Shown piece after piece: positions 10,779 through 21,694 of a stretch of DNA of 22,447 bases. The notes beneath the pieces were generated by a model that ran no database searches, was not told the origin of the DNA, and saw nothing but the letters and a program-made list of their open reading frames with translations. This DNA comes from Eremomyces bilateralis CBS 781.70 (taxonomy: Eukaryota): NCBI GenBank assembly GCA_010015585.1, contig ML975186.1, one strand, 5' to 3'. Numbering within the stretch: the stretch's first letter is position 1; each line of letters opens with the position of its first letter. The translations under genes and the position numbers were made by a program.

Positions 10779-11265
10779 ATGTCCGACACCGAAGACGCCT
10801 CCGCGCCGCAGAGCGAGCCCCTCGACCTTGTGCGCCTCTGCCTCGATGAGATCGTCTTCGTGCGGCTGCGCGGCGATCGCGAGCTCAAGGGTCGCTTGCA
10901 TGTATGGATGCTCTCCTCGTCTTCTGGAACAAACACATCGAATTACCGGAGTTTGTGGGGTTGATATGCTAACTGTTGGGGTGTAGGCATACGATTCGCA
11001 TTGCAACTTGGTCCTAGGCGACGTGCAAGAGACGATCTACATCGTCGAGGATGAGGAGGAGGATGAGGAGGGTACAGTGAGGGTAGGCGGCTCCTCTTCC
11101 GAAGATTAGAGCGATCGGGTCTAACGAGCGTATAGACGGTCAACAAGCAGAGCGAGATGCTGTTCGTCCGAGGTGTGTACACCCGCTTACCACTTCCTAT
11201 CCCTCGCGTCTGATTGTAATTTAGGTGATTCAGTGGTCCTGATATCGCCCCAAGGCCAGCCGTGA
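10779..11265 (+). CDS. LSM3: U6 snRNA-associated Sm-like protein LSm3, 98 aa, 4 exons
   Basis: Exons 10779-10901, 10987-11082, 11136-11172, 11225-11265. GT-AG introns of 85, 53 and 52 nt with GCTAAC, TCTAAC and TCTGAT branch points. Spliced protein: [98 protein letters not shown], with Sm1 and Sm2 motifs of Lsm3. Confidence 0.95.
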
Positions 11266-12212
11266 GATCGATTCGAGAAGAACGTATATGCATCGCATGC
11301 GGAAAATGGCTTGGATGGAGGTCGATGACAAGGCGTCGCTGATGGCAGTGGAACGCAAGGTTTCGGAGTCATTGATACCCACTTAGCAAATGGATGGAGT
11401 TCATCGTTTCGAAACAAGATCAGTTCTATACTGGGCCGCGGAAACGTCGAGCAGATCATCACGTCGAGAGGAACGAAAAGTCACAGCCACGAGCGCGGGA
11501 ATTGGAATTCGGGGTTTATTTCGGTCTCTGCAGACCGCTCGCTCCGGAAAATTAATATATATACACAAACACGATCCCTTGCCTCCGCATGTGGCCTTTA
11601 AAGATATTCCGCCTGATACGCCAGAGTCCTTTGTCGGGGAGGGAGTTGGAAGGGAAATGCAACCCAGAATTACGAATGAGACCTCATGTCGATGGATGTT
11701 CCCGTCCCGTGTGAATTTTTGGGGTAAGAAGGGGCGGGGGAAGCGGGCAAGGAAGAAGAACAGATGGAGATGCGCTGGTTCGCGCGGGTGTGGTTTTTAT
11801 GGGGAATCAATGGTTTTGCTTGAAGGGATTTGTTCGTGATCGTCAGATGATGCGGTGAGAAAGAACCCAGACGCCTGATCCGTCATCAACTCGTGTCTAT
11901 CCTCGTCGTCCTGGTTTCGAGAAGGAAGAATGAAAAAAAGAAAATCCGACGCCGGTGCCACATCGGGGAGGCCGCGAACGTGTTGTGGGGGGAGGGGGAA
12001 GGAGTGGTAATGACTTTTGGAAAGCTGACCAGCCCGCCTCGGTAGCCAAGAAAACAGACTGGACTGGGGTATCTGCGTAGAGGAGAAGGGTTGGTCCCAT
12101 TGCTAACGCCATAGCGCCCAAAGGTCATCCTTACGTTTTCATAAGGAAGCCCCCAGTTGAGTCGTCATCGTAGAGGTAGTGCATCAACGGATGCTCCTGG
12201 CTCTCAATGTGA

Positions 12213-14601
12213 CTAGGATCGCCGACTGCACATGGAAAAGCTGGTGCCACTCTCTCGGGGGAGGGATGGGAGGTTGAAGCCTTGTTGAAGCTGTTCCTGA
12301 ACATACATGGCGCAGGTCTTGAACTTGCGGTCCGAATACTTGGTGTAGATGGCGAGATGGTGGGTCTTCGGGTCCTCGAGGCCTTCCAGGATGGTCATGC
12401 AGAGGGGACGCAGCTGAGCATACGTGTATTGCGAATAGTGGACATGCGTAAGTGACTGGAATGGTATTAGCAGGAGTCACAGATAATAACAGGAAAATCA
12501 GACATACCCAATCTCCCTTAGCGAGCAAGAACCTCGCTAGGCATTGGGCGCCGGCAGCCAGGAAGCTTGGGACACATCCGACAAATCGCTCATCCATGAG
12601 GGTCAGTTCCATGAGATACTTCGCCAGTGTCCTAGTGTCCAGGTCGTAATCGTCCGCCTTGCTGATCCTCCTCAGGAAGCTCATGGGGCCAGGCCATCCA
12701 AGCTCGTACTGAAGCATGTTGAGCATGAAGCGTTCAGCCTTCAGAACCTCGTCGGCCGTGTAGGTGTTGTCCACCATGAAGATGATATCGCTGACGGTGG
12801 GCGGGTTGACTTCTTCATACTTGGATGCGATCAAGATCGCGGTTGCGCCGACGAGTTGGAGCTTTCCGACGGATACGACCTTCACCGTGAGAAAGCGGTC
12901 GATGATGTTCATGGTCAGGAAGAGAGTCTCAGGGCACATCGAGAATCGATCATGAACTTGGACGAGCCACTCGACAAGAAGAGCGCGCATGCCCCATTGG
13001 ACCTCAGTCTGGGATTCCATATAATGGCCATCAGGACGCAGGCGATTCTGAATACACGTTAGCGGATATTCGACAATTAGGCAACCAGCAACGAATCGAC
13101 GGCTAGGCGTTCACGTCTGATTGCGACTATGGGGCACGTGCGATAAAGTAGGTGAGTGGGAAATGCGCACATGAACACATGAATAGAGGGAAAGTGAAAA
13201 GGAACAATAGAAAGCAATCCACGTACCTCGAGCTCCTCCATATACTCGAAAATCTCGTCAGCATATTGCGCTACCATGGATGGATCCCAATCTTCGTCCT
13301 CAATCTCCTCAATCGGTCGATTCTGCTCCACCCAGAGCCCCGCGCGGTCGAGTTCGGTGCGGATCTTGGCGGTTTTCCGGCCCGGAGTGAGGTTGACGGT
13401 GACCGCCCCTGTGGTGTTCTCAGCGCGGGAACGCAGCGACCGCGTCGTGTATCCCTCCGCCTCGTAGAACTCTTCCTCCTCCTCTGCGTCCCAGTATTCT
13501 TCGACGTCGCGGACAGGTGGGACGTCAGCTTTGGGCATGCTCGCATCAGCAATGGGCTCGGATAGATCGGGTTCGATCAACGCTTTAAGGTACGAGATGT
13601 CGTTGAGATATGATGCTTCGTGTCCGGCAAGGTTGTCAATCTCCTTGAGAGGGTGCGACTGGGTAGGTTCGGGAACGGCAGGGATGCTCTGGACGTTTTC
13701 GATTCGGTGAGGAGGGTTGGGTGCGATGGAAGTGAGAAGAGGATCGATAGCGAGGTTCTGAACCAGAGGGAGTTGATCGGTCACGGGCTTAGCCATACCC
13801 TCACATGTCGTGGATTTCTCCTGGATGGGATAATCAAGGTTAGAGGTCGCGTCGATGGATGATAGCTTCGCTGGCTCTTGGGTGGTGACAGACGTCACTA
13901 GGGCAACATCATTGACTTCTTTGAAGACAGTGGTCTGTCGCTTGACGACTGGTTTTGCAGCCTCCTCGATGACCGGCTTCTGGAGTCTCTTGTCCAGAAG
14001 ACCGTTGAGCGAGTGAGCCGTGCTGGAAAGAATCGGCTTCGAAACCGCGGCGGAGAGAGGGCGCTGAGCCGGCTTAAGAAGCGCGGCGGTCTTAGTTGGT
14101 TCGTTGGGGAGGACATTGGGCTTCACGTCGATAGTTTTGTTGTTCGCGTCCTTGATGGGTTGGAGCGGTCGAAAGGTGTTGCTGACATCCCCGAAGGCAG
14201 TTCGCTTGTTGGTGAACTTCGAGGCCATGGTGCCAACTCCTCCACTCAACAACGCTGAGAGGGCTGGCGTGGACTTGTTGCGTTGATGGAGGGTTTTCGC
14301 GCCGTTGAGGTTGGCCGGAGGCGCGTTTTCGTTCTGGTTCCGGATCTGCAATTTAGCAGGACGTTGGGGCTGCAGAAATCGGTCGCGTTAGCATGGAGAG
14401 AGAAAAGACACAGAATGTGGCCGTGAGTTTAGAACATGTCGTGATAATGGCGATGGTGGGTGGTTGAGGAGACACGGTGGATGGTTCTGTGTGGAGCTCC
14501 TTTCCAGCATATGGCTCAGAACGCGACCATTCAGCTCAAGAGTGCTGGGGAGATAAGAGGTCCAAAGGGCTATGAGTGTCATTTCTCACCTTTGCATCCA
14601 T
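12213..14601 (-). CDS. G2/M B-type cyclin, Clb3/Clb4-like, about 645 aa, 4 exons
   Basis: Exons on -: 14601-14590 (MDAK), 14369-13227, 13047-12508, 12455-12213. Introns of 220, 179 and 52 nt with donors GTGAGA, GTACGT, GTATGT, branch points GCTAAC/GCTAAT and CAG acceptors; all phase 0 and giving an open frame. Destruction-box-like RTAFGDVSN (14178-14204), WDPSMVAQYADEIFEYM, cyclin box MRALLVEWLVQVH...ETLFLTMNIIDRFL...KLQLVGATAILIASKYEE, and GWPGPMSFLRRISKADDYD. Confidence 0.92.
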
Positions 14602-15364
14602 GATGAACGCTTTTATCGATCAATCAGACACAGTGATATGTGTTGATGGATGTGAGAGGGCTGGTTTCCTAGTCAGAATCTAGCTGTTGATGGATATCAA
14701 GCTTGATCACGACGTCGAACACAACACGGATGAGAAGGTCAGGAGAGCCAGGTGCGCGGAATTGAGAAGGGATCGCCGCATCAATGTGCGAAAGGCGAAG
14801 AAACCGAAGCTGCAAGTTGCTTAAGATGTCGCAACTGGGAAAGCAACTGGAAGGTTGGCCTGCATCACGAAAACATTGTGAAGATGGAGGATGGGGGAGA
14901 GTAGCTGAGGTGAAGCTCAGGGCATTCGATGTTTTGACGTTCAACCGGCATGATTTGGTAAACAAAGTAGAGCGGACGATGGGTGCCAGGACTGCAGAAA
15001 TCCTGAGGCATCAACATTTTACTTGCCTTGGCGCCTTACCTATAACCTTCTGCACGTGCCCTCCGTTCATTGGGCAGCGGAGCATTCCGCCATTCCCCAT
15101 TCCCCGCCCCAATGTGTCTCTCCATTCCGCATGCGGTCTCAGCTCGGGTTCTCACCTAACAACCATGGTGAGTCGGCACAAACTGCAACCTGCTTACTCT
15201 CTACAACAACATTTGATGCACCAATCGATCGTATCACAGTTCGACTACGGCGAATCTCGGTTGGATAAAAATTGTTCAAGAAATCGAGGCAGTGCATCGG
15301 CTTGGCTTGGATCAGTCCCAGGCTACGGGGACGGTCTGGTTGGTGGTGACGACATTGCATCATT

Positions 15365-15414
15365 CCTGTTTAGGTAACATGTTTACCTATTTACGCGTCG
15401 TCTGGACCACGCGT
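15365..15414. promoter_or_regulatory. Candidate cell-cycle cis-regulatory module (CArG/Mcm1-like, two forkhead, two MCB sites) upstream of the cyclin
   Basis: CCTGTTTAGG 15365-15374; TGTTTAC 15380-15386 and TATTTAC 15388-15394 (RTAAAYA on -); ACGCGT at 15393-15398 and 15409-15414. Lies about 0.8 kb upstream of the cyclin ATG. Confidence 0.6.
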
Positions 15415-17337
15415 TACTGCAACAAATATCTCGAAGACCAATCTCTCGACTGCCATGATGACGAAGTGACTAAGAAGTCAAGCTTATGGATAATGGAATG
15501 TCTCCTTCTTATTTCGGCCGATTATTCCGATTTTCGTATGCGGCTGGCGGCGCATAGCTCTATCTACCCGTTCTAGAGCTCGTCACACCAACGCGTGTCT
15601 TGGCACCCGTTGCATCGCGACCCACACACGCCGGTCACGTGACTTGACCATCCACTTAACGTCACCTCATCCATCGTCGCATTGGAGTTTGACTTAAATT
15701 GAAATGATCGCGTTGTTCTCCGGTGCTCGATAAATAAATAAACATGGTTGCGCACGACACTCGGCGCGGAGGAGACCGCTGCCAAAGTCGTGCGCCGCGT
15801 GGAACGCAATCCGAGTCTGACCCGTCCTCGGCCGCTCTCGTCCTATCGCTGCCTCCACCTTTGGCTCCACGTAAAACATTGGTCTGTCATTCCTGATTCC
15901 ACATTCAAAGCTTTCGTAGCTGCTGGAGAATTCGGCCTTAGAGCCATATTTCGTGCGCTGCAACCACAGTAACACCAGGCGCTGGCATCAGGATCGAGCG
16001 ACCGTAACTGTGGTCGGGTTTGCGCACCGCCGGAACTTGGACAAGCTTTTGGTGGGATTGCAACTCCGCACCGCACTGGAGTAGCATGCACACTTGCATG
16101 CAATTAGTAGTGGCATATCACTTGCCTGATGCCTCTGTCGCCGCAACCACTAGGTTTCGATGACCTTGCATCGCACCTCCAAATTCCGTCTGTACATCTT
16201 GCGTGCAGAATGGATTGGCACTTTAGCACCCACGCTAAATGTCCCCGATGCTGCAGTTCTACCGAACCGCTGCGCAACTCTCAACAGACCGCTCGATTCC
16301 ATCGAGAGGCGCTGGCCAATGCAGATACCCTGAATCACCGCCGCCGCATTCCAACAAATCGCGACCGGTATTCAACGCAGGTCTCCCATATCAGCGATCC
16401 AGCGAACACAGGATGGGTCGCAAGCCGGGGAAGGATACTGATCCGTGACGGTGCTCGGGATACGAAAGTGTAAACCTTGCTGCGGGACGCCGCCTGCTCG
16501 GGGAGGATGGACCGGGTAGGTTTCCTTGTTCCAAAGCTCTAGGTCGCTATGCTCCTTGACAATGGCTAGTAATACATAGGTTAGGCCGTCCGAATTTCCG
16601 ACTGGGAACCGTCACAATGCATGTTCACGAGGGCGCAATCGTCCTTGGGCAGATGATCGGGCAGCCAACTTGGCAGCATTTGGTGTGCCGCCTCATTCGC
16701 CATCATCCCGGATCGTCTGCGTACTACGATACGATTTAGATAGCGAGTCCAGTCCACCGCTTTCATTTCAAGCCTGTACTCCAATCAATAGATACCCCAA
16801 CCACTTTCTTGCTAGGCGTTACCTTTGCGCCGTCCCTCACGCAATAACCCCTCCTACTATGATCGCCCTTCAGGTTTAAGGATTGCCGCTGAGAACTTTG
16901 TTTCTCAACTTGATCCATTGGCCATGTCATGGGGGTGCCCACGGCCCTCCATGCCGTGCGTTCCATAAAGCGATGGCATGATTTGGCATCCGTGGCTATG
17001 ATGCCGCTTATTGGTTTGGGGGAGGCGCTCGGAAACAATGCCCACGGAGCCAGTCCACAAGGCATCTTGCAGATGCCATGATGCTGAGAGATCACCGCCA
17101 ACGCCGACTCAGGGTTGGATTTGTACTCAATAGGACCTTCCCTTTTCCAAACGAATAGATTGGCTGGTAGTTACATGCGCTGGGAAATTATTAGGCTATC
17201 CCACCTCGAGCGACTCTTTTTCACTTGCTTGATATACTACTAGTCCTACATATCAGGGAGCGGCCGTCCCAAGTCTTTGAGCATGGAGAGAGGATTGTCC
17301 ATAACATATCGGAATTGATGTAGATTTTCTATATTCG

Positions 17338-17347
17338 CCTTAATTGG
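17338..17347. promoter_or_regulatory. Perfect CArG box CC(A/T)6GG, candidate MADS/Mcm1 site
   Basis: CCTTAATTGG, about 100 nt before the CT-rich tract that precedes the Zn2Cys6 gene. Confidence 0.4.
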
Positions 17348-17449
17348 ACCCCAACGTAGCCATAAGGACCATCAATTAACCAAACGTGCGGACGATTCGT
17401 TACCTTGTTGGGTCAACCGCTGCGTTGCGGTGTTTCGCTTCGCTCCAAG

Positions 17450-17650
17450 CCCTCTCCAGCCGTCTCCACTTCCCACGGCGCACCCTTCTTCTGCTCCTCC
17501 TCCTTCTTCCCACCAGTCTCTTCCTCACCATCTAGCAGTTCTCCGACCTGATTCAACTCATTGTCTGTCTTGGAGAGTCCTTCGTGCGGTAGCCACCTCG
17601 TTTTTCGCTACTTTATTTCCCGTTCTCCATCCGGTCTTCCCCTCGCTGTG
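17450..17650 (+). promoter_or_regulatory. CT-rich tract, probable transcription start / first non-coding exon of the Zn2Cys6 gene
   Basis: Pyrimidine-rich and ATG-free on +, upstream of a candidate 5'UTR intron. Confidence 0.5.
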
Positions 17651-17743
17651 CTGCTCCAGTGACTACATCTAGTGCTGCATCGGCCACCAAGACAGTATCG
17701 GATCAAGATAGGATCACCCGGCCTTTACGGGTTGGCTTTTGTG

Positions 17744-17979
17744 GTATGTGTGTGTTTCATCATACTCTTTGCGACCATTGTCAATGAATCTGGCCTCCTT
17801 GATGGCGCTGTGCTGATGAGATCGCTCGTTCGCTAAGCGACGAGACGGCATCACCACTCTACGGCGCACGCCGGGCTCAAGGAGACCAAAGGCAACCATC
17901 AATTCAGGCATATTCCGCCATTTTCAGCATCATCATGCAATATACAGCGCATTCAACCATCGCTAACTCTTTATCCAAG
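17744..17979 (+). other. Candidate 5'UTR intron of the Zn2Cys6 gene
   Basis: Donor GTATGT at 17744, branch point GCTAAC at 17962-17967, acceptor AAG ending 17979 (alternative TAG ending 17986). All upstream ATGs I found between 17430 and 18176 fall inside it. Confidence 0.6.
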
Positions 17980-18176
17980 TCGATAGTTCAAGTCTTTCGC
18001 TGCTACCCTTCTCTGCCCTCATCCATCGGGCCACTGAACAGCACAACGCTGTGGCACCTTGCACTGGAGCGCATACTTGAGAACCCACGATACGCCTCCA
18101 TCGGAACAGCGAACTTGGCTCTTACTGAGCATCCATACCATCTCAATTATAGTTACGCACACGGAACAACCGTGTG

Positions 18177-20211
18177 ATGGACTTCCCCTCCGCCGTCCCC
18201 TTGGCTACCCTGCAGACGCAACTGTCTCAGCAGACGCAGCCAACCTCCACCACCTATATCCACAATACCCACCACAACTTTGACGGCGTCAAGTTCGCTT
18301 GGAATCCAACGTCCCCATATTCAGCCATGCCCGAGACTCGCAGTCGTGGGGATGTTGAATCGCCTGGTCTCACCATGGCGACCGCTACTAGCCGCCATGG
18401 ATCCCCAACCAGGCGCCATGGCAGTGGCAAGCAGGTCACCTTTGAGCTGATCCTCCCCGAGTCTCCTCAAAAGCGAGCTCGACTTCCGATGCGGGTCTTT
18501 ATCTTCCCTCATGACACCACTGACTCGATCATTTCCACCACCAAAAATTTCTACGGCCTGTATGAGCCGAAGGGCGTCAGCTTTGAGGATCGGCAGGCCA
18601 ACACCCTCATCGCTGCCTATGACAACTTCGAACATGGGATGACGGTCTACGTCAGGATCATGGATGAGGATGACACCCAGGATGAAGCCAATCCGGCCTC
18701 GCCCAAACGGCCCAGACTTGAGCCTCCGATCCAGATGCTGCCTCCACAGCTGCAAGGCCATCCCATCCCGCGACCATCATCCAGGTCTGCGAGGAGCACC
18801 ACCTCCAATGGGACGAACCCGAAATCACGCTCGCGACCGCCGATGCGATCTCGCGGGTCGGGTTCGCAGGGTCCTGGTGAACATCCTGACATGGTCGAGT
18901 ACAGCGACAGCGATGGCGGTAACGGCTCCGTCACCAGCTCCCGCAGGGGGAGAAGCGAACAAGTTGCCAGCGCCGAGATCAGCGTTGAGAACATCGTCGA
19001 AGGTGGCAGGCGGAAGATCCCTAAATTCGACAGCTCGGTATGTGGCGGAGGCATTCGTACAGTCGGGCAATCGTGTGCAGCGACTAACTCTTCATCAACA
19101 GGAACTTCCCCTCTTCGTCCCATCTCAAGTCCCGATGGCGCCATCCGCTTCATCACTTTCTCCTCAACGTCGGATCGAAGGCAATATGGCCAGCCCTTAC
19201 CAGTCCGCTCATCAAGCAACGTTCGCTTGGGGCCATCCGCTCCCATCACCGCAGAGCTACGGTCCATCGGATCGAGCATACATACAAGTACGGCCAATTC
19301 AGGCGAACGGACAACACAATGGCACATACGCGAGGAATCTTCGGCAGCGCCCGCAGGTCCAGTACGCCCCCGGTCGTCAACATAACGGTCACGGCGGCGT
19401 GCTGGCCACGCCCGACCCCACCGTCGGCGGTAGCGTCATCTCCGATGAAGACGTCGCTCTCCAATTGATGCGACTCGGAGAGTATTCCTCGCACGGTCGC
19501 ACGTCTACCTCGACCCTTGACGATGCTCAGAGCGGCAAGGCCGTGGTATCCTCCGATGACGAGAGCATGGACGGCTCCGACAACGAACACATGGGCGTCG
19601 GCTACAACAGTGCTGGGAGCAGCGTCGAGTACTCCGCCGATGAAGGCGTCGCACCGAACGCCTACGTCAAACCCAAGGGCAAACCGCGCTCCTCTCGGCC
19701 TTCCAAGCCGCGCTCCACCCGTCCTTCAATCAGCCACAACGGCCCACCCGTCCCCAAAGCGAAACACCACCGCCACTCCACCTCCGCCGCTCCGCCCATA
19801 TCCCCCCCCGTGGCCCCCGGCCCCGACCAGCTTGCTGCGCCGCCGACCCACCCCGCGCAACCCCTCGGACCCGACGAGGAGGACCTAAGCAGCAAACCGC
19901 GCTGCCAGCGCTGCCGGAAGAGCAAGAAAGGATGCGACCGCCAGCGCCCGTGCGGCCGCTGCAAGGACGCGGGCATCGGCATCGAGGGGTGCCTGTCGGA
20001 GGACGAGGGCAACGGCCGCAGGGGGAGATACGGACGCCATATGGGAGTGCCGGTCAAAAAGGGGAGTGTGGAGGATCTGGACACGGCGAGTCGAGAACTT
20101 CCTGCTGTTGCGGGTGCGACAGTTGCGGCTGGCCCCATGATCGAGGCCGTGGCGATGTCGGTCATGACGGTGGATGGCTTCGGAGGCGCGGGGAAGAAGC
20201 GGAAGAGGTAG
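18177..20211 (+). CDS. Fungal C6-finger protein with a C-terminal Zn(II)2Cys6 cluster, about 656 aa, 2 coding exons
   Basis: Exons 18177-19037 and 19102-20211. The 64-nt intron GTATGT...GACTAAC...CAG joins KFDSS|ELPLFVP in frame, linking two long track ORFs. CQRCRKSKKGCDRQRPCGRCKDAGIGIEGC (CX2CX6CX5CX2CX9C) at 19903-19992. C-terminal KKRKR is NLS-like. Confidence 0.9.
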
Positions 20212-21605
20212 ACTGGATCCGCGCATTTCGGTGGGAGGCGATGAGATTATGATCCGACCGGCTGATGTTTTTCGGGATTCGCATGACCTTGCGTTTCGGC
20301 GTTGCACGGGGAAGGAATACTTTGCGACGTATTTCTTTTGTTATCTGGATGAGGATCTATATGATGACGACGCTCTCTCACACACACGCTCCCTTACTTC
20401 TCAGTATCTCCATCTCGGGTTCGCGTTGTATTTGGTGCTAGGGTGTTTTATGGTTCGACGGTTCAAATGGTTCGGGGAGGATGGGCAACATATGGTTCAT
20501 CGTCACACTGAGTTTTAAGTGCTACTTGCTTTAGTTTAGTTTGCGACGCGATAGGTACCGCTTTCGCGGACCATAGTTCAATTGGTTTTCCTTCGTCCTT
20601 GACGTGGTCCCTTCTCCATGGCCCCCGTCTTCAGTGCTCCGGTTAGGAAAACGGCGGCGGTTCATGATATATGGCATAGCAAGCGGAATCTGGGCGAGAC
20701 GTGATCGGTATTCAGTCTTTCCCAACCTTGTTACAGTCCCAAAGAGCCGGTTTGTGTGTGGTGGGATATATTGAGCTGATGAGAGTGCTTGTTTGGTGGC
20801 TCCAGCCAATTCAGTCGGGTTCACTTGATTTCTATACTACTGCTTTCTCGCATTCACATCAACACGATAAAAGATAGCTAAGATGATTGTGGGGCTTTTG
20901 GATTCTGTAACGCTAGGTACCGTACTACAGAATGTTTTTTATTGAAAGTCTCTTGTTCCTGTGTCCTTTTGATTGGTACTGTCAGACTTGAGCAGTCGAA
21001 CTCGACGTGGTTATAGGTGATCAATATCAGTACTAGGCAGATAATCATGTTCTACTCCGTACAATAAGACATTTCATAGGATCTAAGGGTACTAAATTGT
21101 TTAAATCTAATCGTCTTGATATAGTACCACTTCACAGCCGTGAATAAGTACCTTCAGTAATCAGTTGACTCACACGATTTAAGCAAGCCACCCGAGGTAC
21201 CAGGTTTTTGCAAGTGACTTTGATCATACTCTCTGAGTCAACCGCAAAGGCTTATTAGTAGTGAGACCCCGACATGCCAACATTTCGTCGGGTATTGGAG
21301 CAACGTCATGGGGATCCATCGACCATTAGCCAATTCAATAATTGCGGCGAAGTGGTCGGACGTTCCCACTTTGGGACGTCTTCACGTTTCAGTTTACCGG
21401 ACTCAGCCCAGTTTTGTTGGGCGAAAACCGAGCCAGCATACGATCCGCAGTCACTTACTTCTAGGTTTTCCATATTAACATCATTCTTATTAGTTAGGTC
21501 ACTTAAGTTAGGTGTTGCGGACTACGTAATATTTCACCGAACAAAAGAACCGATAACCAGCGGAATCGATCTCCCCGCACGCCACTTTGCGCTTACCTCA
21601 GCAAG

Positions 21606-21694
21606 CTCAGGCTATTTGTGGTCGTGCCAAGGCACCGGAGTGGGACTATACCTAATCGGTAAGTCACATGCACTCCTCGAACAAATAGCCTGAG
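21606..21694. repeat. Perfect 14-bp inverted repeat enclosing two internal hairpins
   Basis: CTCAGGCTATTTGT (21606-21619) and ACAAATAGCCTGAG (21681-21694), with a 61-nt spacer. Confidence 0.85.

Noticed and set aside
11840..11890. TGATGA...CTGA pairs on - (also near 11420-11461) as C/D-box snoRNAs
   Set aside because: Spacing under 50 nt, and I could not identify an rRNA-complementary guide.
12184..14351. Track ORFs 12184-13020 and 13077-14351 as two separate proteins
   Set aside because: They are exons of one cyclin gene; their C-terminal tails are intron read-through.
14784..15377. 197-aa + strand ORF upstream of the cyclin
   Set aside because: No recognisable domain or coding-like composition; it lies antisense over the cyclin promoter/leader and is probably a chance ORF.
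17801..17855. CTGATGAG...CGAGAC as a hammerhead ribozyme
   Set aside because: The required GAAA is GAGA, and there is no stem I or NUH cleavage triplet in the right geometry.
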